IMG/VR virus record: IMGVR_UViG_3300050821_017219
Coordinates: 1 to 64,000 of that record
DNA length: 64,000 nucleotides
Direction: 5' to 3' (one strand)
Source: a virus
Positions 51,378 through 59,731 of the stretch are shown in pieces. The stretch's first letter is position 1. The number at the start of each line of letters is the position of its first letter. The notes under the pieces are model-generated. The model was given only the letters and a program-made list of their open reading frames with translations, had not been told where the DNA came from and ran no database searches. The translations under genes were made by a program, and so were the position numbers.

Positions 51378-52183
51378 ATACCACCGTCACGTGCGTCTAT
51401 CGCATCGCGCAAGGCGGCGCGGCGTTGACGACGCTTCAGTCGAAGGTCGCCGCCGTCGTCGTCAACTCTTCCATTCTGTCGACGCTCGGCGCGCGTATCA
51501 CGAGCGACGTCACTACCATCGCCGCCGGTTTCGCCATCCGAACCATCGTCTTTTCGATCGTGCCGACGGTCGCAGCCGGCGCGACGGCAGCGCTCAACTC
51601 CAACGACTTCCTCTCCGGCGTGTCGGTCTTCTCGGCCGGCTCTGACTACATTCTGCCGCCCGTCGTCAAATTCGCTGGTGGAAACCCCTACAAAATCGCG
51701 TCGGCGCGCGCGACGTTGAAGGCCGTCGGCGTCAACGTCGTCGCTGGTGGCTCAGGCTATACCGCAGCGGCGGTCGCAACAGCCGTCGGTGCGATCAACC
51801 CCAACCATGACATCAAGCTCGGCCAAGCCCCACCGAAGCCTGTCTTGATGACGTTGACGCTTGGCGGTGGCGGAGCCATCGTCGGCGTCGCCATCACCGA
51901 TGCGGGCGCTAACTACGAAGGCGTTCCCTCGGTTGTCGTCACCGACGTCGTTGGGGGTGGAAGCGGCGCCATCATCGATCTGTCGATGGGCGTCAGCGCC
52001 GTCGATGTGATCTACCCCGGGCAAGGCTTCCAGGCGGTTCCGGCGTGTCAGCTGATCCCAGCCTTCCGTGTGATGTTCCCCGACGGACCTTCGCAGGCGG
52101 CACCTTTCGCGAACCTCATGACGACGGCGATTGCGCAAGCAGTGATGACGCCGGTCGTTGCGGATGCGCCGGTGTTGTCATGA
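51374..52183 (+). CDS. Virion structural protein with GSGY-type beta repeats
   Basis: Four repeats: AGSDYILPPVV, GGSGYTAAAV, AGANYEGVPSV, PGQGFQAVP. Confidence 0.6.
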   Translation: MNTTVTCVYRIAQGGAALTTLQSKVAAVVVNSSILSTLGARITSDVTTIAAGFAIRTIVFSIVPTVAAGATAALNSNDFLSGVSVFSAGSDYILPPVVKFAGGNPYKIASARATLKAVGVNVVAGGSGYTAAAVATAVGAINPNHDIKLGQAPPKPVLMTLTLGGGGAIVGVAITDAGANYEGVPSVVVTDVVGGGSGAIIDLSMGVSAVDVIYPGQGFQAVPACQLIPAFRVMFPDGPSQAAPFANLMTTAIAQAVMTPVVADAPVLS

Positions 52184-53685
52184 CGCGCGAAGATGACAAC
52201 TACGACGAGCGAGACGACGATGACGGCGAAGGCGAGCCGCCTGAAGAAGTCGTCGAAGCCAAAACGAAGGCAATACCGCCGAAGAAGCGCAATCCGAAAG
52301 CGCGAAACGGCGTCGGTGGAGCGTTGGGTGGTGCGCCCGAAGATTCGCCGCGTGAAGCTGAGCTGCTCTGGCTGTGGATTCTCGCGCGACTTCCCAGCGA
52401 AGGCCGCTCCGCCTACGACGTGACCATCCAAGTCTTGCAGCTCGATCCACCCGCCTCAAACGGCCGCGCCTTCATGGTGGGAAGCTTCGGCGGTGGCGCA
52501 ATCCGCGGCAGCGAAACTGTTGATCCGTCGCAGGCGTTGATCAGCTACGTCACCGACAACTTTCACATGCCGCGGTCTCAGTCGAGACAGTCGGTGACCT
52601 ACCAGATCCGCTTCATCTGGGCATCGAACAGCCAGCAGATGAAGCGCGGCGAGCTGACGCTTCCCCCGCGCGACGAGATCATCGCCGTTCGACAAGAAGA
52701 GGCGCGCCAGCGGCAGGCCAACGGCGAGCCGGTGACCCCCTACAACCCGCCGCCGATGCATCAGCAAGGCGTCGGTGTGCCGCAACCATGGCCGCAGCCG
52801 TTTGGCTTTCCGCCGTCTTACTACCCCCCGCCTGCCGGTGGCGATGCGCAGATGATGCCGCAGCTGCTGACGATGATGCAGGAGATGTGGCGCGCGCAGC
52901 TCGAAGGCCGCCCACCCAATCCCGCAGCTGCCGGTGTCGCTGCGCCACCACCCGCGCCTCTCAACGAAGACAGCATCGTACAGAAAACGACCGCCAGCGT
53001 CTTGATGGCGCTGCAGCAAGCCGGCATCTTGACGAAGCCAACCGCCGGTGTCGCCGCCGCAACGCCAACGCCTGCGGTCTCGCCTGCGTCGCCGGCTGCA
53101 TCGAATCCATTCGCAGGCATGATGGAAAAAGCCGTCGGTCGCATGTTCGAGGCGGCCGTCGGTGAGGTGGAGAAAAGCGTCAAGAAGACCATCGCTGGCG
53201 TCGGCAAGCCGCAAGACGACGACTATTACTTCGACGACGATGACGATGGAAAGAAAGGCGGATCATCTTCGCCTGCATCTGCAGCCGTTGGCGTTGGCGC
53301 GCCACCGACACCGCCGAAAGAAGACGCCTTCGATCTGCCGTGGGCGACGAAGCCAGTCGCCGATGCGAAGTGGGGCGACGGCCGCCCAGTCGTCTACGCC
53401 GAAGACAAAGAGACCGGCAACTTCTCGTGGCAGGGCGCGCTCATGAGCAACCCCACCGTGCTCGAGAAGGGGATGGAAGCCGCGCAGGGTCTCGCCGGAG
53501 CGTTGACGAACATCGTGAAGCAGGTCGGCGCCAAAGCTTCCGCCGGCTTCGCGCAGGCGCCGCAGAATCCGCCGCCGCAGATGACGCCGAAGACGGTTTC
53601 GATACCGCCTGCCGCAACGGTTGTGGCGGAGACGCCCGCGGGCGCGGTGGATGCGACGCCAAAGTCTTGGAAAGACGGCGACTAG
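52180..53685 (+). CDS. Pro/Ala/Gln-rich putative scaffold or morphogenesis protein with repeated GV(G/A) motifs
   Basis: Low-complexity linkers; NGVGG, QGVGV, AGVAA twice, AGVGK, VGVGA. Confidence 0.6.
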   Translation: MTREDDNYDERDDDDGEGEPPEEVVEAKTKAIPPKKRNPKARNGVGGALGGAPEDSPREAELLWLWILARLPSEGRSAYDVTIQVLQLDPPASNGRAFMVGSFGGGAIRGSETVDPSQALISYVTDNFHMPRSQSRQSVTYQIRFIWASNSQQMKRGELTLPPRDEIIAVRQEEARQRQANGEPVTPYNPPPMHQQGVGVPQPWPQPFGFPPSYYPPPAGGDAQMMPQLLTMMQEMWRAQLEGRPPNPAAAGVAAPPPAPLNEDSIVQKTTASVLMALQQAGILTKPTAGVAAATPTPAVSPASPAASNPFAGMMEKAVGRMFEAAVGEVEKSVKKTIAGVGKPQDDDYYFDDDDDGKKGGSSSPASAAVGVGAPPTPPKEDAFDLPWATKPVADAKWGDGRPVVYAEDKETGNFSWQGALMSNPTVLEKGMEAAQGLAGALTNIVKQVGAKASAGFAQAPQNPPPQMTPKTVSIPPAATVVAETPAGAVDATPKSWKDGD

Positions 53686-53706
53686 CAGCTCTGCTACGAT
53701 TGCGGT

Positions 53707-55047
53707 GTGACAACGACGCCGCATTGGCCGCAGGTAGTGGTGCCGCGCCGTGTCGGTGTCGCCGGTCTGACCGATTTTGAGGCGCACTTCGCGTCCGACC
53801 CCAACTTTGCGTCGGCGTGGAACGATGTCGGTGGCCAGCTCCTCGCCGAAGGCGCTAGCAGCTCGCAGGTCGACCAAGCGAAGACGTGGTTCGTCAACGC
53901 CGTCGAGGGAGCTGTCCCTGGGGTAACCGGCGACCAGGCCATCGCCTCCGCGAAGCAGCTCGTGCTGCTTGGGCAGACGGTCATGGGCGCCGTCGCTACG
54001 GTGCAAGGTCTTCTCCAGACCGTCGAAAGTGGGTCGGTCCCACAAATTACGCAGGCGTTTACCGGCGTCTTGATCAGCCTCGGCGTCGGCACTGGGTTAG
54101 TCTCGGCCGGTATCGGCGCGGCCATCGCGCTCGGCATCTCCGTCGTGTTGGCGGCGCTTCAAGACCTTGGATTTTTTACTAGCAACGCCCCTCCGACATT
54201 TGACATCCCTGGGTGCGGCAAGTGGTACTGGGTGCCGGACTACCTCATCGGATGCATGGGCGTTCAAGCGAAGGGCGGCACTGCCAACGATCCGCTCTTG
54301 ACGCAACCCTTTCATGTCGCGCCGGGCTCCCCCAACTGGCGGACGTTCCCGGTGCCGGGCAACATCATCCCATACGTCGAAGGCGCGGACAAAGAATGGT
54401 ACGTCCCTGGGTTGGGGATGGTTGGCCACTGGAAGGGCATCTTCATCGACTACGGCGCCGTCGATGCAAGCGATGGGCGGCGGCCGATCGATCGCGCGTT
54501 TCCGAATTTTCGGCAGCTCGAAGCGGACAGCGGACCGGGAGCAAGCGACTTCCAGCGCGCGTTCGGTGGCGCATGGCGAAGCAACGCGGAGTATGCGTTC
54601 AACGGGTTGAAGCCGCAGCCAGACGAACAGGTGCTGCTCCATACCATTCGATTGTGGAACCGTTCGCACGATGGCCCCGCAGTTACGCTCGATCAAAGCA
54701 ACGCGACCTACGCCAATTCGCTCGTCGACGCCGCCGTCAACAACGTGATGTCGAGTGACATCGGTTTGCTGTCTGGCCAAAGCTTGCTCGTCAACGCCGG
54801 TGGGTTGAAAACCCAAACGCCACGTGTCGTCACGCTGCATCTAGGCGGTAGTTTCGATTCAGCGACGTCGCCAACAACCGGCCTTATGTCGTCGACGGGT
54901 GGAAAAATTCTCGCGGGTACAGCTGCAATCGGCGGCGCCGCACTGCTCGGAAGCGCGGCGTACGCCTTCGCAAAGAAAGAGAGCATCGGCGCCGTCTGGA
55001 AGAACGTCTTCAAGACGGTGACGAAACCTCTGAGAGGTGGAAGATGA
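53707..55047 (+). CDS. Membrane-associated putative virion protein
   Basis: Internal and C-terminal hydrophobic segments; GTG start 6 nt after TACGAT. Confidence 0.6.
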   Translation: MTTTPHWPQVVVPRRVGVAGLTDFEAHFASDPNFASAWNDVGGQLLAEGASSSQVDQAKTWFVNAVEGAVPGVTGDQAIASAKQLVLLGQTVMGAVATVQGLLQTVESGSVPQITQAFTGVLISLGVGTGLVSAGIGAAIALGISVVLAALQDLGFFTSNAPPTFDIPGCGKWYWVPDYLIGCMGVQAKGGTANDPLLTQPFHVAPGSPNWRTFPVPGNIIPYVEGADKEWYVPGLGMVGHWKGIFIDYGAVDASDGRRPIDRAFPNFRQLEADSGPGASDFQRAFGGAWRSNAEYAFNGLKPQPDEQVLLHTIRLWNRSHDGPAVTLDQSNATYANSLVDAAVNNVMSSDIGLLSGQSLLVNAGGLKTQTPRVVTLHLGGSFDSATSPTTGLMSSTGGKILAGTAAIGGAALLGSAAYAFAKKESIGAVWKNVFKTVTKPLRGGR

Positions 55048-55370
55048 GACGAAGACACGGTCGTAGAAATCCTTCGACGCAAACGACGACGCTGCTGATC
55101 GCCGGTGGCGGTTTGGCGCTGCTCGGCGTTGGCGTCTACCTCTTCACGAAGAAGCCAGCGGCGGCGACAACGACGACTGCGATCACGGCGACGTCACCAA
55201 ATTCTCGACCGTTCGGTGACCCCGCCAACACGTCGAGCGTCGCGTTCGCGTGCAACACCTGCTGGAAGCTGAACGCACTCGGCCATCCGACGCAGGCGAC
55301 GGCGTGGTGCACGAAATGCACCGCCAACGGTGGGGTAGTACCGCAAAGCGCTGCTCAGTTGTATACTTGA
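55044..55370 (+). CDS. Small membrane protein (RRNP, TM, two CxxC)
   Basis: MRRRHGRRNPS; TM; CNTC/CTKC. Confidence 0.6.
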   Translation: MRRRHGRRNPSTQTTTLLIAGGGLALLGVGVYLFTKKPAAATTTTAITATSPNSRPFGDPANTSSVAFACNTCWKLNALGHPTQATAWCTKCTANGGVVPQSAAQLYT

Positions 55371-55418
55371 GGCGCCGGTAGTCATTTTTGACGGCGACGC
55401 AAGACGAAAAGATAAAAA

Positions 55419-55775
55419 ATGGCCGACATTTACGACACGCTGACCCCCGCCGACCAGGCAACGGTTCGCTCGAAGCTGCTCGCGATCGTGCAGTCGAAGC
55501 CCTGCCCGAACGTCGACGTGACAGGCATCACCACCGTCGACAGCCTCACCAGCGCGGACAATCGCGGCATCGCCATCGATTGCTTCCAGCAAGCGCACAA
55601 GGTTGGCGCCGTCGCAGGCGCGCTCGATCAGGCGACTTACAGCGCGCTCGTCGGATGGTGGCCCGCGCGGCCGTTGTGGCAGAAAGCGGCGATCGTCGGC
55701 GGAGGCGTCGCAGCGGTGGCGGTTGGATACCATCTCATGGCGAAGCGAAGCCGTCGGCGTCGGCTAAGTCGTTGA
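55419..55775 (+). CDS. Small protein with C-terminal TM and Arg tail
   Basis: AAIVGGGVAAVAVGY followed by KRSRRRR. Confidence 0.6.
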   Translation: MADIYDTLTPADQATVRSKLLAIVQSKPCPNVDVTGITTVDSLTSADNRGIAIDCFQQAHKVGAVAGALDQATYSALVGWWPARPLWQKAAIVGGGVAAVAVGYHLMAKRSRRRRLSR

Positions 55776-55841
55776 TGTAAACGTCTGAAATTTCAGACAA
55801 TTTTCAACTTTCAAACGCAAAAACAACCAAACGAGACTCCG

Positions 55842-56240
55842 ATGACGAAGAAACATCAGACGTACATGATCGTTGGTGGCGTCGCGCTCGCGGCGCTCGC
55901 CGTCGGTGGCATCGCCTACGCGCGCATGAAGGCGGCAGCGCCTCCAGTTCCTGCCGGTCAGCTTCCCGCCGGGACCCCCGCGACCACTTTCACCGCCGGT
56001 ACGAAGTACACCTTCGCCGCCGTCCTCCCCGCGGGCGCGACCGACCAGGCGACGCTCGTGACGATGCTCCACACCGCAGGGTGGCAGACGCCTGCGGTCA
56101 TCTTCTTCGGTCCGACGAACACCGGAACGATTCCGACCGGTCTCGAGGCCAACACGTCGGGGTACGTCGCGACGGGCATTTGGCAGGGCCCCGCCACACC
56201 GGTACCGGCGGGTGTCATCGCTGTCGTGTCGCCTCCGTGA
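55842..56240 (+). CDS. N-terminal TM protein
   Basis: IVGGVALAALAVGGIAY. Confidence 0.6.
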   Translation: MTKKHQTYMIVGGVALAALAVGGIAYARMKAAAPPVPAGQLPAGTPATTFTAGTKYTFAAVLPAGATDQATLVTMLHTAGWQTPAVIFFGPTNTGTIPTGLEANTSGYVATGIWQGPATPVPAGVIAVVSPP

Positions 56241-56641
56241 TCGACGCTGCGGTCTCCTCACAGCTTTCGACGCTTCGCTTTCGGCAAAGTCTCGTCGACG
56301 CTGCGCCATCGCCCGGCGGCAGTAGCGAAATCGTCGCGCTCGTTCCGTTCAACTTCGCGACGACGACGTTGGTGCTCGGCCCAATCCACGCTGGGTGGGT
56401 CGTCAACGAGGTCGTCTACGACATCCTGACGCCCTTCGCTGGCGCAACGGCGCTGAAGTTCGGCACGTCGACCAACGCGAGCCTCTTCTTCGAGCTCGAT
56501 ACCCCCATCATCGGCATCGCGCAGCAGTACGTTTCTCCGCTCATCATCGTCGCTCCGATCAACGATATCCTGCTGTTGAACGTCAGCGGTGGCGCTTTGG
56601 CGGGCGCAGGTTTACTGTTCTACCGGATCTTCACGCCGTAG
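56237..56641 (+). CDS. Beta-sandwich virion protein, paralog of the C-domain of ORF 56652
   Basis: AGWVVNEV.YDILTPF.G.....GT...AGAG versus ANAVVARA.LNITTPY.G.....G...AGAG. Confidence 0.55.
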   Translation: MIDAAVSSQLSTLRFRQSLVDAAPSPGGSSEIVALVPFNFATTTLVLGPIHAGWVVNEVVYDILTPFAGATALKFGTSTNASLFFELDTPIIGIAQQYVSPLIIVAPINDILLLNVSGGALAGAGLLFYRIFTP

Positions 56642-56651
56642 GTAAGACCAG

Positions 56652-57467
56652 ATGGCGAACGCATTTCAACGACTTGCCGGCGTCATCGCCAACTTCTTCC
56701 AGATCGGCGGCCCCGCCGGCCCCGGCTGGAACGCGAACGGCGGCGCCATCGAAGGCCGCAACGCCGCCAATTCAGCGTTTGCGATCGTTCGGGGCGCGAC
56801 CCCCGTCGGCGACAACGACCTGACGACGAAGACCTACGTCGATACGATCTTCAAGCCGATCCCCGTCTCGCTTCAGTTCAACGGTGGCAGCGCGCTGCCG
56901 AGCAACAGCGGCACCGAGCAGTACTACGTCGTCACGACGACCGGGGTCAACGCGACCATCGGTCAAGTTCTCTGGGATGACGGGTCTGGCGTTGGAACGG
57001 TCACCGTCCTTCCCGCGAAGACGGGCAACGAGATCGTCACGACGGCTTCGTTCTCTGGCGGCACGATCACGCTTCAGTCGAACCAAAACTACGTCTGGTC
57101 CGGTACGGCGTGGCTCAACATCTCCCCCTCGGTTGCTGGCGCGCTCCTCTGCATCCGTCTGCCGATCACCAATGCGGCATCGCAGAGCTCCGCCACAACG
57201 ATCCCCGCCAACGCCGTCGTCGCGCGAGCGCTCCTCAACATCACGACCCCCTACTCCGGTGGCGCGACCATCTCCGTTGGCCAAACAGGATCGACGGCGC
57301 TGCTGATGGCGACGGGTGACAACGTCGCGACGCTCGCCAACATCTACGACGCCCCCCAAGACACCGCGTGGGGCGCGAGCGCGCTGGCGTTGCTCGTGAC
57401 CGTCGGTGGCGCGCCAGCTGCAGGTGCTGGCTTCGCGGTTGTATATTACAGCATCCCGCAGGTTTGA
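56652..57467 (+). CDS. Multidomain virion protein
   Basis: FQIGGPAGP; TPVGDNDLTTKTYVD fibre-like motif; beta-sandwich C-domain. Confidence 0.65.
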   Translation: MANAFQRLAGVIANFFQIGGPAGPGWNANGGAIEGRNAANSAFAIVRGATPVGDNDLTTKTYVDTIFKPIPVSLQFNGGSALPSNSGTEQYYVVTTTGVNATIGQVLWDDGSGVGTVTVLPAKTGNEIVTTASFSGGTITLQSNQNYVWSGTAWLNISPSVAGALLCIRLPITNAASQSSATTIPANAVVARALLNITTPYSGGATISVGQTGSTALLMATGDNVATLANIYDAPQDTAWGASALALLVTVGGAPAAGAGFAVVYYSIPQV

Positions 57468-57489
57468 CGCATGCAACTTCGAGTCTGAG

Positions 57490-57744
57490 ATGAGCGGTTT
57501 CAACAACAACAGCGGCACGACGCAGTCGTCTTTCGAGATCGGCGGCCCCGCCGGACCGGCGCTGCAAAGCGATCCGCTCGTTCAAGCGATCAATCTGCTC
57601 GACCCGACGGGAACGATCCTTCTCGCACTGCGAGCCGGTTGGGCCGTCAACCCCAACGACGTCGTGACGCTCGTGCGGCTGCAATCGATTCTGAATCCAC
57701 CGCCGCCGTTGGGCGATCCATGGGCGTCTTCTTCCGCAGGATGA
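57490..57744 (+). CDS. Paralog of the N-domain of ORF 56652
   Basis: FEIGGPAGP...NDVVT. Confidence 0.55.
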   Translation: MSGFNNNSGTTQSSFEIGGPAGPALQSDPLVQAINLLDPTGTILLALRAGWAVNPNDVVTLVRLQSILNPPPPLGDPWASSSAG

Positions 57745-57757
57745 TGGGGATGACATC

Positions 57758-58489
57758 GTGAGCCAACAAGGACCGACCGGCTTCATCACCTCGCAGGGGC
57801 TGCCCAACCCGAAGCTGCCCGATGGCCAAGGCGTGTTGGCTCGTGTTGGACCGCACCGTGAGGTCTACACGAACCTTGTGCTGCCCGACTTCAAGACGTC
57901 GGCGGACGAGGGGAGCTACTTCACGGGAACGAACGCAACGTTTGGCGCGGCTATAGCCGCAGCAAATCAAGCGGCCTTCTCGGCGACGTCGGCTATCTTC
58001 ACCTTCTTGAACAAGGCTGGCGTCGGTGGGCCGCGAACCTATCTCGACTACATCCGTTTGATTTGCACGGCAGCTGGAACAGCGTCGGCGAGTATGCAAA
58101 TCGGCGTCGTTACCGACGCGATCGTACGTGGAAGCGCCGGAACCCCCGTGACGTTGGTGTCGCCCAACCAAGACGCTGGTGTCGGCGCGAACACGCAAGT
58201 GCTCTACACCCCGACGGTAGCGGCTGCAGGTCTTGCTGCGAGAAACGTCGATCGCGCTTGCGCCAAAGGCGCAGGACTCGCGATAGGCGATGAAATTCTG
58301 CTCGTCTTCGGAACCGTCGAGAAGTCAGCGAGCGCCGCATTCGCTGCAACAGCCGGGCGATTCGTGGTGCCGATGGCTCCAGTCATCCTTGGGCCTGGCA
58401 GCGTTCAGAGCGCCGTCATTCATGCGTGGTTTCCGAGTATCACCGCAGCAGCATCGTTCGAGTTCGCCGTTGGTCTCCTCGAACGTTGA
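57758..58489 (+). CDS. Beta-rich putative structural protein
   Basis: 243-aa alternating beta pattern within the morphogenesis block. Confidence 0.55.
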   Translation: MSQQGPTGFITSQGLPNPKLPDGQGVLARVGPHREVYTNLVLPDFKTSADEGSYFTGTNATFGAAIAAANQAAFSATSAIFTFLNKAGVGGPRTYLDYIRLICTAAGTASASMQIGVVTDAIVRGSAGTPVTLVSPNQDAGVGANTQVLYTPTVAAAGLAARNVDRACAKGAGLAIGDEILLVFGTVEKSASAAFAATAGRFVVPMAPVILGPGSVQSAVIHAWFPSITAAASFEFAVGLLER

Positions 58490-58522
58490 TTGTCAAGCGC
58501 TTTCGCTGCTAGACTGACACCC

Positions 58523-58999
58523 ATGGCGAAGAAACCCGAGCAAGACCGCGCTCTCATCATCGTCGGCATCGTCGGCGCTGCTGCGGTCGTCGGAGGGGCG
58601 CTCTACTTCGCCTTCACGTCGCAGCCGAAGACAGCGACGGCATCGCAGGCCAACCCCACCCCGACGCCGCCAACGACCGACACCGCTTCGGCGACTCCGC
58701 CAACGCAAGCGCCGTCGTCGACGACTTTCGCGATGCAAGTCACCGGCGACACGTCGATCGCGCTGAAGAGCGGTGAATCTGTCGCGCTTTCGTTGCCAAC
58801 CGTTCCTGCGCCAGCGGCGATGTGGCAGGTCGTCATGGAGAACCACGACGGTCGTGCGGAATACACGGTGGTGGATGCGACGCACTTCAACGTGATCGCA
58901 GAGATGCCCGGCGTTTCGGTGCTGCGGTTCACCCCCATCAGCGCGCAGGGCGGATCGATCGGCCTTCCTGGCCTCAACATTACGCTGTCGATCAGCTGA
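58523..58999 (+). CDS. N-terminal TM plus Ig-like protein
   Basis: Start refined to ATG 58523, 7 nt after TAGACT. Confidence 0.6.
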   Translation: MAKKPEQDRALIIVGIVGAAAVVGGALYFAFTSQPKTATASQANPTPTPPTTDTASATPPTQAPSSTTFAMQVTGDTSIALKSGESVALSLPTVPAPAAMWQVVMENHDGRAEYTVVDATHFNVIAEMPGVSVLRFTPISAQGGSIGLPGLNITLSIS

Positions 59000-59421
59000 T
59001 GAGCGCCTGGACGGGCATCATCATCGGCGGTCTCGTCGGTGGAGGCTTAGGTTTCGTCGCGACGAAATTCTTGTTGAAGAAGCCTGACGCTGGCGTCATC
59101 GGCGCTGCCGCAGCTGCGGGCGCGCTCGCCGGTGGCGCGTTGACCGCGACCCCCGCAACCGCCTCGTCGTCACCGACGTTGCACATGCTCTTGTTGGCGC
59201 ACGGCGACACCGCCCTCGCGACGAAGATCGGCGACGTCGTCGATTTGCTTCCCGCCGCTGGTTTGACGGTGAGCGCCATCGACGCGCATGGCAGCGACGC
59301 CATCGTCGTTGCGTCGGTCAATCCCGCCACCGTCAATGCGGTGAAGCTCGGCGGTGCGCTGCTGGCGGTGACGCTTTCCGACGCGTCGAAGGTCAACGTC
59401 AAAATCACCGTCGCCGCTTGA
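58999..59421 (+). CDS. Two-TM plus Ig-like protein
   Basis: Gly-rich TMs; C-terminus ends ITVAA, similar to the ITLSIS ending of the previous ORF. Confidence 0.55.
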   Translation: MSAWTGIIIGGLVGGGLGFVATKFLLKKPDAGVIGAAAAAGALAGGALTATPATASSSPTLHMLLLAHGDTALATKIGDVVDLLPAAGLTVSAIDAHGSDAIVVASVNPATVNAVKLGGALLAVTLSDASKVNVKITVAA

Positions 59422-59460
59422 CTTTCGACGCTAGCGGCGTCTTGCGGTAGACTGAACGCC

Positions 59461-59727
59461 ATGGACATCAATGGCGGCGCTAAGGTAGGGCTCGCGACGG
59501 TGCTCGGAGGCGGCGCCGGTCTCGTCTTCGGGTTCTTCGTCGGTGAAATCCTCGACGTGAAACGTCCCGGTCAAATGTCGCTGGCGTTGGCGGCGCTGGG
59601 TGGGCTCACCGGCGCGATGGTCGGCGGAACCTTTGTCGCTCCGACGCCTGCGTCACCGACAACTCCGGCTCTGCAGCCCATCGCTTCGACGGCCGTGACG
59701 ACTCCGCCGACGCCTGCGACGCCGTAA
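59461..59727 (+). CDS. Small two-TM membrane protein
   Basis: Gly-zipper hydrophobic segments; ATG 7 nt after TAGACT. Confidence 0.6.
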   Translation: MDINGGAKVGLATVLGGGAGLVFGFFVGEILDVKRPGQMSLALAALGGLTGAMVGGTFVAPTPASPTTPALQPIASTAVTTPPTPATP

Positions 59728-59731
59728 AAAG

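Noticed and set aside
51374-52183. Tail sheath or baseplate call from the GSGY repeats
   Set aside because: The repeat is a portable module and no sheath, tube or baseplate core is present, so it does not establish a tail.
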